A stretch of DNA of 36,911 bases from Naegleria gruberi (taxonomy: Eukaryota), in the NCBI GenBank assembly GCA_000004985.1, contig GG739031.1. One strand, written 5' to 3'. Numbering within the stretch: position 1 is the stretch's first letter; each line of letters starts with the position of its first letter. A model generated the notes under the pieces. That model made no database searches. It saw only the letters and a program-made list of their open reading frames with translations, and was not told the DNA's origin. Positions 10,001-22,000 of the stretch are shown here, piece by piece. The position numbers were made by a program, and so were the translations under genes.

Positions 10001-13000
10001 NNNNNNNNNNNNNNNNNNNNNNNNNNNNNNNNNNNNNNNNNNNNNNNNNNNNNNNNNNNNNNNNNNNNNNNNNNNNNNNNNNNNNNNNNNNNNNNNNNNN
10101 NNNNNNNNNNNNNNNNNNNNNNNNNNNNNNNNNNNNNNNNNNNNNNNNNNNNNNNNNNNNNNNNNNNNNNNNNNNNNNNNNNNNNNNNNNNNNNNNNNNN
10201 NNNNNNNNNNNNNNNNNNNNNNNNNNNNNNNNNNNNNNNNNNNNNNNNNNNNNNNNNNNNNNNNNNNNNNNNNNNNNNNNNNNNNNNNNNNNNNNNNNNN
10301 NNNNNNNNNNNNNNNNNNNNNNNNNNNNNNNNNNNNNNNNNNNNNNNNNNNNNNNNNNNNNNNNNNNNNNNNNNNNNNNNNNNNNNNNNNNNNNNNNNNN
10401 NNNNNNNNNNNNNNNNNNNNNNNNNNNNNNNNNNNNNNNNNNNNNNNNNNNNNNNNNNNNNNNNNNNNNNNNNNNNNNNNNNNNNNNNNNNNNNNNNNNN
10501 NNNNNNNNNNNNNNNNNNNNNNNNNNNNNNNNNNNNNNNNNNNNNNNNNNNNNNNNNNNNNNNNNNNNNNNNNNNNNNNNNNNNNNNNNNNNNNNNNNNN
10601 NNNNNNNNNNNNNNNNNNNNNNNNNNNNNNNNNNNNNNNNNNNNNNNNNNNNNNNNNNNNNNNNNNNNNNNNNNNNNNNNNNNNNNNNNNNNNNNNNNNN
10701 NNNNNNNNNNNNNNNNNNNNNNNNNNNNNNNNNNNNNNNNNNNNNNNNNNNNNNNNNNNNNNNNNNNNNNNNNNNNNNNNNNNNNNNNNNNNNNNNNNNN
10801 NNNNNNNNNNNNNNNNNNNNNNNNNNNNNNNNNNNNNNNNNNNNNNNNNNNNNNNNNNNNNNNNNNNNNNNNNNNNNNNNNNNNNNNNNNNNNNNNNNNN
10901 NNNNNNNNNNNNNNNNNNNNNNNNNNNNNNNNNNNNNNNNNNNNNNNNNNNNNNNNNNNNNNNNNNNNNNNNNNNNNNNNNNNNNNNNNNNNNNNNNNNN
11001 NNNNNNNNNNNNNNNNNNNNNNNNNNNNNNNNNNNNNNNNNNNNNNNNNNNNNNNNNNNNNNNNNNNNNNNNNNNNNNNNNNNNNNNNNNNNNNNNNNNN
11101 NNNNNNNNNNNNNNNNNNNNNNNNNNNNNNNNNNNNNNNNNNNNNNNNNNNNNNNNNNNNNNNNNNNNNNNNNNNNNNNNNNNNNNNNNNNNNNNNNNNN
11201 NNNNNNNNNNNNNNNNNNNNNNNNNNNNNNNNNNNNNNNNNNNNNNNNNNNNNNNNNNNNNNNNNNNNNNNNNNNNNNNNNNNNNNNNNNNNNNNNNNNN
11301 NNNNNNNNNNNNNNNNNNNNNNNNNNNNNNNNNNNNNNNNNNNNNNNNNNNNNNNNNNNNNNNNNNNNNNNNNNNNNNNNNNNNNNNNNNNNNNNNNNNN
11401 NNNNNNNNNNNNNNNNNNNNNNNNNNNNNNNNNNNNNNNNNNNNNNNNNNNNNNNNNNNNNNNNNNNNNNNNNNNNNNNNNNNNNNNNNNNNNNNNNNNN
11501 NNNNNNNNNNNNNNNNNNNNNNNNNNNNNNNNNNNNNNNNNNNNNNNNNNNNNNNNNNNNNNNNNNNNNNNNNNNNNNNNNNNNNNNNNNNNNNNNNNNN
11601 NNNNNNNNNNNNNNNNNNNNNNNNNNNNNNNNNNNNNNNNNNNNNNNNNNNNNNNNNNNNNNNNNNNNNNNNNNNNNNNNNNNNNNNNNNNNNNNNNNNN
11701 NNNNNNNNNNNNNNNNNNNNNNNNNNNNNNNNNNNNNNNNNNNNNNNNNNNNNNNNNNNNNNNNNNNNNNNNNNNNNNNNNNNNNNNNNNNNNNNNNNNN
11801 NNNNNNNNNNNNNNNNNNNNNNNNNNNNNNNNNNNNNNNNNNNNNNNNNNNNNNNNNNNNNNNNNNNNNNNNNNNNNNNNNNNNNNNNNNNNNNNNNNNN
11901 NNNNNNNNNNNNNNNNNNNNNNNNNNNNNNNNNNNNNNNNNNNNNNNNNNNNNNNNNNNNNNNNNNNNNNNNNNNNNNNNNNNNNNNNNNNNNNNNNNNN
12001 NNNNNNNNNNNNNNNNNNNNNNNNNNNNNNNNNNNNNNNNNNNNNNNNNNNNNNNNNNNNNNNNNNNNNNNNNNNNNNNNNNNNNNNNNNNNNNNNNNNN
12101 NNNNNNNNNNNNNNNNNNNNNNNNNNNNNNNNNNNNNNNNNNNNNNNNNNNNNNNNNNNNNNNNNNNNNNNNNNNNNNNNNNNNNNNNNNNNNNNNNNNN
12201 NNNNNNNNNNNNNNNNNNNNNNNNNNNNNNNNNNNNNNNNNNNNNNNNNNNNNNNNNNNNNNNNNNNNNNNNNNNNNNNNNNNNNNNNNNNNNNNNNNNN
12301 NNNNNNNNNNNNNNNNNNNNNNNNNNNNNNNNNNNNNNNNNNNNNNNNNNNNNNNNNNNNNNNNNNNNNNNNNNNNNNNNNNNNNNNNNNNNNNNNNNNN
12401 NNNNNNNNNNNNNNNNNNNNNNNNNNNNNNNNNNNNNNNNNNNNNNNNNNNNNNNNNNNNNNNNNNNNNNNNNNNNNNNNNNNNNNNNNNNNNNNNNNNN
12501 NNNNNNNNNNNNNNNNNNNNNNNNNNNNNNNNNNNNNNNNNNNNNNNNNNNNNNNNNNNNNNNNNNNNNNNNNNNNNNNNNNNNNNNNNNNNNNNNNNNN
12601 NNNNNNNNNNNNNNNNNNNNNNNNNNNNNNNNNNNNNNNNNNNNNNNNNNNNNNNNNNNNNNNNNNNNNNNNNNNNNNNNNNNNNNNNNNNNNNNNNNNN
12701 NNNNNNNNNNNNNNNNNNNNNNNNNNNNNNNNNNNNNNNNNNNNNNNNNNNNNNNNNNNNNNNNNNNNNNNNNNNNNNNNNNNNNNNNNNNNNNNNNNNN
12801 NNNNNNNNNNNNNNNNNNNNNNNNNNNNNNNNNNNNNNNNNNNNNNNNNNNNNNNNNNNNNNNNNNNNNNNNNNNNNNNNNNNNNNNNNNNNNNNNNNNN
12901 NNNNNNNNNNNNNNNNNNNNNNNNNNNNNNNNNNNNNNNNNNNNNNNNNNNNNNNNNNNNNNNNNNNNNNNNNNNNNNNNNNNNNNNNNNNNNNNNNNNN

Positions 13001-16000
13001 NNNNNNNNNNNNNNNNNNNNNNNNNNNNNNNNNNNNNNNNNNNNNNNNNNNNNNNNNNNNNNNNNNNNNNNNNNNNNNNNNNNNNNNNNNNNNNNNNNNN
13101 NNNNNNNNNNNNNNNNNNNNNNNNNNNNNNNNNNNNNNNNNNNNNNNNNNNNNNNNNNNNNNNNNNNNNNNNNNNNNNNNNNNNNNNNNNNNNNNNNNNN
13201 NNNNNNNNNNNNNNNNNNNNNNNNNNNNNNNNNNNNNNNNNNNNNNNNNNNNNNNNNNNNNNNNNNNNNNNNNNNNNNNNNNNNNNNNNNNNNNNNNNNN
13301 NNNNNNNNNNNNNNNNNNNNNNNNNNNNNNNNNNNNNNNNNNNNNNNNNNNNNNNNNNNNNNNNNNNNNNNNNNNNNNNNNNNNNNNNNNNNNNNNNNNN
13401 NNNNNNNNNNNNNNNNNNNNNNNNNNNNNNNNNNNNNNNNNNNNNNNNNNNNNNNNNNNNNNNNNNNNNNNNNNNNNNNNNNNNNNNNNNNNNNNNNNNN
13501 NNNNNNNNNNNNNNNNNNNNNNNNNNNNNNNNNNNNNNNNNNNNNNNNNNNNNNNNNNNNNNNNNNNNNNNNNNNNNNNNNNNNNNNNNNNNNNNNNNNN
13601 NNNNNNNNNNNNNNNNNNNNNNNNNNNNNNNNNNNNNNNNNNNNNNNNNNNNNNNNNNNNNNNNNNNNNNNNNNNNNNNNNNNNNNNNNNNNNNNNNNNN
13701 NNNNNNNNNNNNNNNNNNNNNNNNNNNNNNNNNNNNNNNNNNNNNNNNNNNNNNNNNNNNNNNNNNNNNNNNNNNNNNNNNNNNNNNNNNNNNNNNNNNN
13801 NNNNNNNNNNNNNNNNNNNNNNNNNNNNNNNNNNNNNNNNNNNNNNNNNNNNNNNNNNNNNNNNNNNNNNNNNNNNNNNNNNNNNNNNNNNNNNNNNNNN
13901 NNNNNNNNNNNNNNNNNNNNNNNNNNNNNNNNNNNNNNNNNNNNNNNNNNNNNNNNNNNNNNNNNNNNNNNNNNNNNNNNNNNNNNNNNNNNNNNNNNNN
14001 NNNNNNNNNNNNNNNNNNNNNNNNNNNNNNNNNNNNNNNNNNNNNNNNNNNNNNNNNNNNNNNNNNNNNNNNNNNNNNNNNNNNNNNNNNNNNNNNNNNN
14101 NNNNNNNNNNNNNNNNNNNNNNNNNNNNNNNNNNNNNNNNNNNNNNNNNNNNNNNNNNNNNNNNNNNNNNNNNNNNNNNNNNNNNNNNNNNNNNNNNNNN
14201 NNNNNNNNNNNNNNNNNNNNNNNNNNNNNNNNNNNNNNNNNNNNNNNNNNNNNNNNNNNNNNNNNNNNNNNNNNNNNNNNNNNNNNNNNNNNNNNNNNNN
14301 NNNNNNNNNNNNNNNNNNNNNNNNNNNNNNNNNNNNNNNNNNNNNNNNNNNNNNNNNNNNNNNNNNNNNNNNNNNNNNNNNNNNNNNNNNNNNNNNNNNN
14401 NNNNNNNNNNNNNNNNNNNNNNNNNNNNNNNNNNNNNNNNNNNNNNNNNNNNNNNNNNNNNNNNNNNNNNNNNNNNNNNNNNNNNNNNNNNNNNNNNNNN
14501 NNNNNNNNNNNNNNNNNNNNNNNNNNNNNNNNNNNNNNNNNNNNNNNNNNNNNNNNNNNNNNNNNNNNNNNNNNNNNNNNNNNNNNNNNNNNNNNNNNNN
14601 NNNNNNNNNNNNNNNNNNNNNNNNNNNNNNNNNNNNNNNNNNNNNNNNNNNNNNNNNNNNNNNNNNNNNNNNNNNNNNNNNNNNNNNNNNNNNNNNNNNN
14701 NNNNNNNNNNNNNNNNNNNNNNNNNNNNNNNNNNNNNNNNNNNNNNNNNNNNNNNNNNNNNNNNNNNNNNNNNNNNNNNNNNNNNNNNNNNNNNNNNNNN
14801 NNNNNNNNNNNNNNNNNNNNNNNNNNNNNNNNNNNNNNNNNNNNNNNNNNNNNNNNNNNNNNNNNNNNNNNNNNNNNNNNNNNNNNNNNNNNNNNNNNNN
14901 NNNNNNNNNNNNNNNNNNNNNNNNNNNNNNNNNNNNNNNNNNNNNNNNNNNNNNNNNNNNNNNNNNNNNNNNNNNNNNNNNNNNNNNNNNNNNNNNNNNN
15001 NNNNNNNNNNNNNNNNNNNNNNNNNNNNNNNNNNNNNNNNNNNNNNNNNNNNNNNNNNNNNNNNNNNNNNNNNNNNNNNNNNNNNNNNNNNNNNNNNNNN
15101 NNNNNNNNNNNNNNNNNNNNNNNNNNNNNNNNNNNNNNNNNNNNNNNNNNNNNNNNNNNNNNNNNNNNNNNNNNNNNNNNNNNNNNNNNNNNNNNNNNNN
15201 NNNNNNNNNNNNNNNNNNNNNNNNNNNNNNNNNNNNNNNNNNNNNNNNNNNNNNNNNNNNNNNNNNNNNNNNNNNNNNNNNNNNNNNNNNNNNNNNNNNN
15301 NNNNNNNNNNNNNNNNNNNNNNNNNNNNNNNNNNNNNNNNNNNNNNNNNNNNNNNNNNNNNNNNNNNNNNNNNNNNNNNNNNNNNNNNNNNNNNNNNNNN
15401 NNNNNNNNNNNNNNNNNNNNNNNNNNNNNNNNNNNNNNNNNNNNNNNNNNNNNNNNNNNNNNNNNNNNNNNNNNNNNNNNNNNNNNNNNNNNNNNNNNNN
15501 NNNNNNNNNNNNNNNNNNNNNNNNNNNNNNNNNNNNNNNNNNNNNNNNNNNNNNNNNNNNNNNNNNNNNNNNNNNNNNNNNNNNNNNNNNNNNNNNNNNN
15601 NNNNNNNNNNNNNNNNNNNNNNNNNNNNNNNNNNNNNNNNNNNNNNNNNNNNNNNNNNNNNNNNNNNNNNNNNNNNNNNNNNNNNNNNNNNNNNNNNNNN
15701 NNNNNNNNNNNNNNNNNNNNNNNNNNNNNNNNNNNNNNNNNNNNNNNNNNNNNNNNNNNNNNNNNNNNNNNNNNNNNNNNNNNNNNNNNNNNNNNNNNNN
15801 NNNNNNNNNNNNNNNNNNNNNNNNNNNNNNNNNNNNNNNNNNNNNNNNNNNNNNNNNNNNNNNNNNNNNNNNNNNNNNNNNNNNNNNNNNNNNNNNNNNN
15901 NNNNNNNNNNNNNNNNNNNNNNNNNNNNNNNNNNNNNNNNNNNNNNNNNNNNNNNNNNNNNNNNNNNNNNNNNNNNNNNNNNNNNNNNNNNNNNNNNNNN

Positions 16001-19000
16001 NNNNNNNNNNNNNNNNNNNNNNNNNNNNNNNNNNNNNNNNNNNNNNNNNNNNNNNNNNNNNNNNNNNNNNNNNNNNNNNNNNNNNNNNNNNNNNNNNNNN
16101 NNNNNNNNNNNNNNNNNNNNNNNNNNNNNNNNNNNNNNNNNNNNNNNNNNNNNNNNNNNNNNNNNNNNNNNNNNNNNNNNNNNNNNNNNNNNNNNNNNNN
16201 NNNNNNNNNNNNNNNNNNNNNNNNNNNNNNNNNNNNNNNNNNNNNNNNNNNNNNNNNNNNNNNNNNNNNNNNNNNNNNNNNNNNNNNNNNNNNNNNNNNN
16301 NNNNNNNNNNNNNNNNNNNNNNNNNNNNNNNNNNNNNNNNNNNNNNNNNNNNNNNNNNNNNNNNNNNNNNNNNNNNNNNNNNNNNNNNNNNNNNNNNNNN
16401 NNNNNNNNNNNNNNNNNNNNNNNNNNNNNNNNNNNNNNNNNNNNNNNNNNNNNNNNNNNNNNNNNNNNNNNNNNNNNNNNNNNNNNNNNNNNNNNNNNNN
16501 NNNNNNNNNNNNNNNNNNNNNNNNNNNNNNNNNNNNNNNNNNNNNNNNNNNNNNNNNNNNNNNNNNNNNNNNNNNNNNNNNNNNNNNNNNNNNNNNNNNN
16601 NNNNNNNNNNNNNNNNNNNNNNNNNNNNNNNNNNNNNNNNNNNNNNNNNNNNNNNNNNNNNNNNNNNNNNNNNNNNNNNNNNNNNNNNNNNNNNNNNNNN
16701 NNNNNNNNNNNNNNNNNNNNNNNNNNNNNNNNNNNNNNNNNNNNNNNNNNNNNNNNNNNNNNNNNNNNNNNNNNNNNNNNNNNNNNNNNNNNNNNNNNNN
16801 NNNNNNNNNNNNNNNNNNNNNNNNNNNNNNNNNNNNNNNNNNNNNNNNNNNNNNNNNNNNNNNNNNNNNNNNNNNNNNNNNNNNNNNNNNNNNNNNNNNN
16901 NNNNNNNNNNNNNNNNNNNNNNNNNNNNNNNNNNNNNNNNNNNNNNNNNNNNNNNNNNNNNNNNNNNNNNNNNNNNNNNNNNNNNNNNNNNNNNNNNNNN
17001 NNNNNNNNNNNNNNNNNNNNNNNNNNNNNNNNNNNNNNNNNNNNNNNNNNNNNNNNNNNNNNNNNNNNNNNNNNNNNNNNNNNNNNNNNNNNNNNNNNNN
17101 NNNNNNNNNNNNNNNNNNNNNNNNNNNNNNNNNNNNNNNNNNNNNNNNNNNNNNNNNNNNNNNNNNNNNNNNNNNNNNNNNNNNNNNNNNNNNNNNNNNN
17201 NNNNNNNNNNNNNNNNNNNNNNNNNNNNNNNNNNNNNNNNNNNNNNNNNNNNNNNNNNNNNNNNNNNNNNNNNNNNNNNNNNNNNNNNNNNNNNNNNNNN
17301 NNNNNNNNNNNNNNNNNNNNNNNNNNNNNNNNNNNNNNNNNNNNNNNNNNNNNNNNNNNNNNNNNNNNNNNNNNNNNNNNNNNNNNNNNNNNNNNNNNNN
17401 NNNNNNNNNNNNNNNNNNNNNNNNNNNNNNNNNNNNNNNNNNNNNNNNNNNNNNNNNNNNNNNNNNNNNNNNNNNNNNNNNNNNNNNNNNNNNNNNNNNN
17501 NNNNNNNNNNNNNNNNNNNNNNNNNNNNNNNNNNNNNNNNNNNNNNNNNNNNNNNNNNNNNNNNNNNNNNNNNNNNNNNNNNNNNNNNNNNNNNNNNNNN
17601 NNNNNNNNNNNNNNNNNNNNNNNNNNNNNNNNNNNNNNNNNNNNNNNNNNNNNNNNNNNNNNNNNNNNNNNNNNNNNNNNNNNNNNNNNNNNNNNNNNNN
17701 NNNNNNNNNNNNNNNNNNNNNNNNNNNNNNNNNNNNNNNNNNNNNNNNNNNNNNNNNNNNNNNNNNNNNNNNNNNNNNNNNNNNNNNNNNNNNNNNNNNN
17801 NNNNNNNNNNNNNNNNNNNNNNNNNNNNNNNNNNNNNNNNNNNNNNNNNNNNNNNNNNNNNNNNNNNNNNNNNNNNNNNNNNNNNNNNNNNNNNNNNNNN
17901 NNNNNNNNNNNNNNNNNNNNNNNNNNNNNNNNNNNNNNNNNNNNNNNNNNNNNNNNNNNNNNNNNNNNNNNNNNNNNNNNNNNNNNNNNNNNNNNNNNNN
18001 NNNNNNNNNNNNNNNNNNNNNNNNNNNNNNNNNNNNNNNNNNNNNNNNNNNNNNNNNNNNNNNNNNNNNNNNNNNNNNNNNNNNNNNNNNNNNNNNNNNN
18101 NNNNNNNNNNNNNNNNNNNNNNNNNNNNNNNNNNNNNNNNNNNNNNNNNNNNNNNNNNNNNNNNNNNNNNNNNNNNNNNNNNNNNNNNNNNNNNNNNNNN
18201 NNNNNNNNNNNNNNNNNNNNNNNNNNNNNNNNNNNNNNNNNNNNNNNNNNNNNNNNNNNNNNNNNNNNNNNNNNNNNNNNNNNNNNNNNNNNNNNNNNNN
18301 NNNNNNNNNNNNNNNNNNNNNNNNNNNNNNNNNNNNNNNNNNNNNNNNNNNNNNNNNNNNNNNNNNNNNNNNNNNNNNNNNNNNNNNNNNNNNNNNNNNN
18401 NNNNNNNNNNNNNNNNNNNNNNNNNNNNNNNNNNNNNNNNNNNNNNNNNNNNNNNNNNNNNNNNNNNNNNNNNNNNNNNNNNNNNNNNNNNNNNNNNNNN
18501 NNNNNNNNNNNNNNNNNNNNNNNNNNNNNNNNNNNNNNNNNNNNNNNNNNNNNNNNNNNNNNNNNNNNNNNNNNNNNNNNNNNNNNNNNNNNNNNNNNNN
18601 NNNNNNNNNNNNNNNNNNNNNNNNNNNNNNNNNNNNNNNNNNNNNNNNNNNNNNNNNNNNNNNNNNNNNNNNNNNNNNNNNNNNNNNNNNNNNNNNNNNN
18701 NNNNNNNNNNNNNNNNNNNNNNNNNNNNNNNNNNNNNNNNNNNNNNNNNNNNNNNNNNNNNNNNNNNNNNNNNNNNNNNNNNNNNNNNNNNNNNNNNNNN
18801 NNNNNNNNNNNNNNNNNNNNNNNNNNNNNNNNNNNNNNNNNNNNNNNNNNNNNNNNNNNNNNNNNNNNNNNNNNNNNNNNNNNNNNNNNNNNNNNNNNNN
18901 NNNNNNNNNNNNNNNNNNNNNNNNNNNNNNNNNNNNNNNNNNNNNNNNNNNNNNNNNNNNNNNNNNNNNNNNNNNNNNNNNNNNNNNNNNNNNNNNNNNN

Positions 19001-22000
19001 NNNNNNNNNNNNNNNNNNNNNNNNNNNNNNNNNNNNNNNNNNNNNNNNNNNNNNNNNNNNNNNNNNNNNNNNNNNNNNNNNNNNNNNNNNNNNNNNNNNN
19101 NNNNNNNNNNNNNNNNNNNNNNNNNNNNNNNNNNNNNNNNNNNNNNNNNNNNNNNNNNNNNNNNNNNNNNNNNNNNNNNNNNNNNNNNNNNNNNNNNNNN
19201 NNNNNNNNNNNNNNNNNNNNNNNNNNNNNNNNNNNNNNNNNNNNNNNNNNNNNNNNNNNNNNNNNNNNNNNNNNNNNNNNNNNNNNNNNNNNNNNNNNNN
19301 NNNNNNNNNNNNNNNNNNNNNNNNNNNNNNNNNNNNNNNNNNNNNNNNNNNNNNNNNNNNNNNNNNNNNNNNNNNNNNNNNNNNNNNNNNNNNNNNNNNN
19401 NNNNNNNNNNNNNNNNNNNNNNNNNNNNNNNNNNNNNNNNNNNNNNNNNNNNNNNNNNNNNNNNNNNNNNNNNNNNNNNNNNNNNNNNNNNNNNNNNNNN
19501 NNNNNNNNNNNNNNNNNNNNNNNNNNNNNNNNNNNNNNNNNNNNNNNNNNNNNNNNNNNNNNNNNNNNNNNNNNNNNNNNNNNNNNNNNNNNNNNNNNNN
19601 NNNNNNNNNNNNNNNNNNNNNNNNNNNNNNNNNNNNNNNNNNNNNNNNNNNNNNNNNNNNNNNNNNNNNNNNNNNNNNNNNNNNNNNNNNNNNNNNNNNN
19701 NNNNNNNNNNNNNNNNNNNNNNNNNNNNNNNNNNNNNNNNNNNNNNNNNNNNNNNNNNNNNNNNNNNNNNNNNNNNNNNNNNNNNNNNNNNNNNNNNNNN
19801 NNNNNNNNNNNNNNNNNNNNNNNNNNNNNNNNNNNNNNNNNNNNNNNNNNNNNNNNNNNNNNNNNNNNNNNNNNNNNNNNNNNNNNNNNNNNNNNNNNNN
19901 NNNNNNNNNNNNNNNNNNNNNNNNNNNNNNNNNNNNNNNNNNNNNNNNNNNNNNNNNNNNNNNNNNNNNNNNNNNNNNNNNNNNNNNNNNNNNNNNNNNN
20001 NNNNNNNNNNNNNNNNNNNNNNNNNNNNNNNNNNNNNNNNNNNNNNNNNNNNNNNNNNNNNNNNNNNNNNNNNNNNNNNNNNNNNNNNNNNNNNNNNNNN
20101 NNNNNNNNNNNNNNNNNNNNNNNNNNNNNNNNNNNNNNNNNNNNNNNNNNNNNNNNNNNNNNNNNNNNNNNNNNNNNNNNNNNNNNNNNNNNNNNNNNNN
20201 NNNNNNNNNNNNNNNNNNNNNNNNNNNNNNNNNNNNNNNNNNNNNNNNNNNNNNNNNNNNNNNNNNNNNNNNNNNNNNNNNNNNNNNNNNNNNNNNNNNN
20301 NNNNNNNNNNNNNNNNNNNNNNNNNNNNNNNNNNNNNNNNNNNNNNNNNNNNNNNNNNNNNNNNNNNNNNNNNNNNNNNNNNNNNNNNNNNNNNNNNNNN
20401 NNNNNNNNNNNNNNNNNNNNNNNNNNNNNNNNNNNNNNNNNNNNNNNNNNNNNNNNNNNNNNNNNNNNNNNNNNNNNNNNNNNNNNNNNNNNNNNNNNNN
20501 NNNNNNNNNNNNNNNNNNNNNNNNNNNNNNNNNNNNNNNNNNNNNNNNNNNNNNNNNNNNNNNNNNNNNNNNNNNNNNNNNNNNNNNNNNNNNNNNNNNN
20601 NNNNNNNNNNNNNNNNNNNNNNNNNNNNNNNNNNNNNNNNNNNNNNNNNNNNNNNNNNNNNNNNNNNNNNNNNNNNNNNNNNNNNNNNNNNNNNNNNNNN
20701 NNNNNNNNNNNNNNNNNNNNNNNNNNNNNNNNNNNNNNNNNNNNNNNNNNNNNNNNNNNNNNNNNNNNNNNNNNNNNNNNNNNNNNNNNNNNNNNNNNNN
20801 NNNNNNNNNNNNNNNNNNNNNNNNNNNNNNNNNNNNNNNNNNNNNNNNNNNNNNNNNNNNNNNNNNNNNNNNNNNNNNNNNNNNNNNNNNNNNNNNNNNN
20901 NNNNNNNNNNNNNNNNNNNNNNNNNNNNNNNNNNNNNNNNNNNNNNNNNNNNNNNNNNNNNNNNNNNNNNNNNNNNNNNNNNNNNNNNNNNNNNNNNNNN
21001 NNNNNNNNNNNNNNNNNNNNNNNNNNNNNNNNNNNNNNNNNNNNNNNNNNNNNNNNNNNNNNNNNNNNNNNNNNNNNNNNNNNNNNNNNNNNNNNNNNNN
21101 NNNNNNNNNNNNNNNNNNNNNNNNNNNNNNNNNNNNNNNNNNNNNNNNNNNNNNNNNNNNNNNNNNNNNNNNNNNNNNNNNNNNNNNNNNNNNNNNNNNN
21201 NNNNNNNNNNNNNNNNNNNNNNNNNNNNNNNNNNNNNNNNNNNNNNNNNNNNNNNNNNNNNNNNNNNNNNNNNNNNNNNNNNNNNNNNNNNNNNNNNNNN
21301 NNNNNNNNNNNNNNNNNNNNNNNNNNNNNNNNNNNNNNNNNNNNNNNNNNNNNNNNNNNNNNNNNNNNNNNNNNNNNNNNNNNNNNNNNNNNNNNNNNNN
21401 NNNNNNNNNNNNNNNNNNNNNNNNNNNNNNNNNNNNNNNNNNNNNNNNNNNNNNNNNNNNNNNNNNNNNNNNNNNNNNNNNNNNNNNNNNNNNNNNNNNN
21501 NNNNNNNNNNNNNNNNNNNNNNNNNNNNNNNNNNNNNNNNNNNNNNNNNNNNNNNNNNNNNNNNNNNNNNNNNNNNNNNNNNNNNNNNNNNNNNNNNNNN
21601 NNNNNNNNNNNNNNNNNNNNNNNNNNNNNNNNNNNNNNNNNNNNNNNNNNNNNNNNNNNNNNNNNNNNNNNNNNNNNNNNNNNNNNNNNNNNNNNNNNNN
21701 NNNNNNNNNNNNNNNNNNNNNNNNNNNNNNNNNNNNNNNNNNNNNNNNNNNNNNNNNNNNNNNNNNNNNNNNNNNNNNNNNNNNNNNNNNNNNNNNNNNN
21801 NNNNNNNNNNNNNNNNNNNNNNNNNNNNNNNNNNNNNNNNNNNNNNNNNNNNNNNNNNNNNNNNNNNNNNNNNNNNNNNNNNNNNNNNNNNNNNNNNNNN
21901 NNNNNNNNNNNNNNNNNNNNNNNNNNNNNNNNNNNNNNNNNNNNNNNNNNNNNNNNNNNNNNNNNNNNNNNNNNNNNNNNNNNNNNNNNNNNNNNNNNNN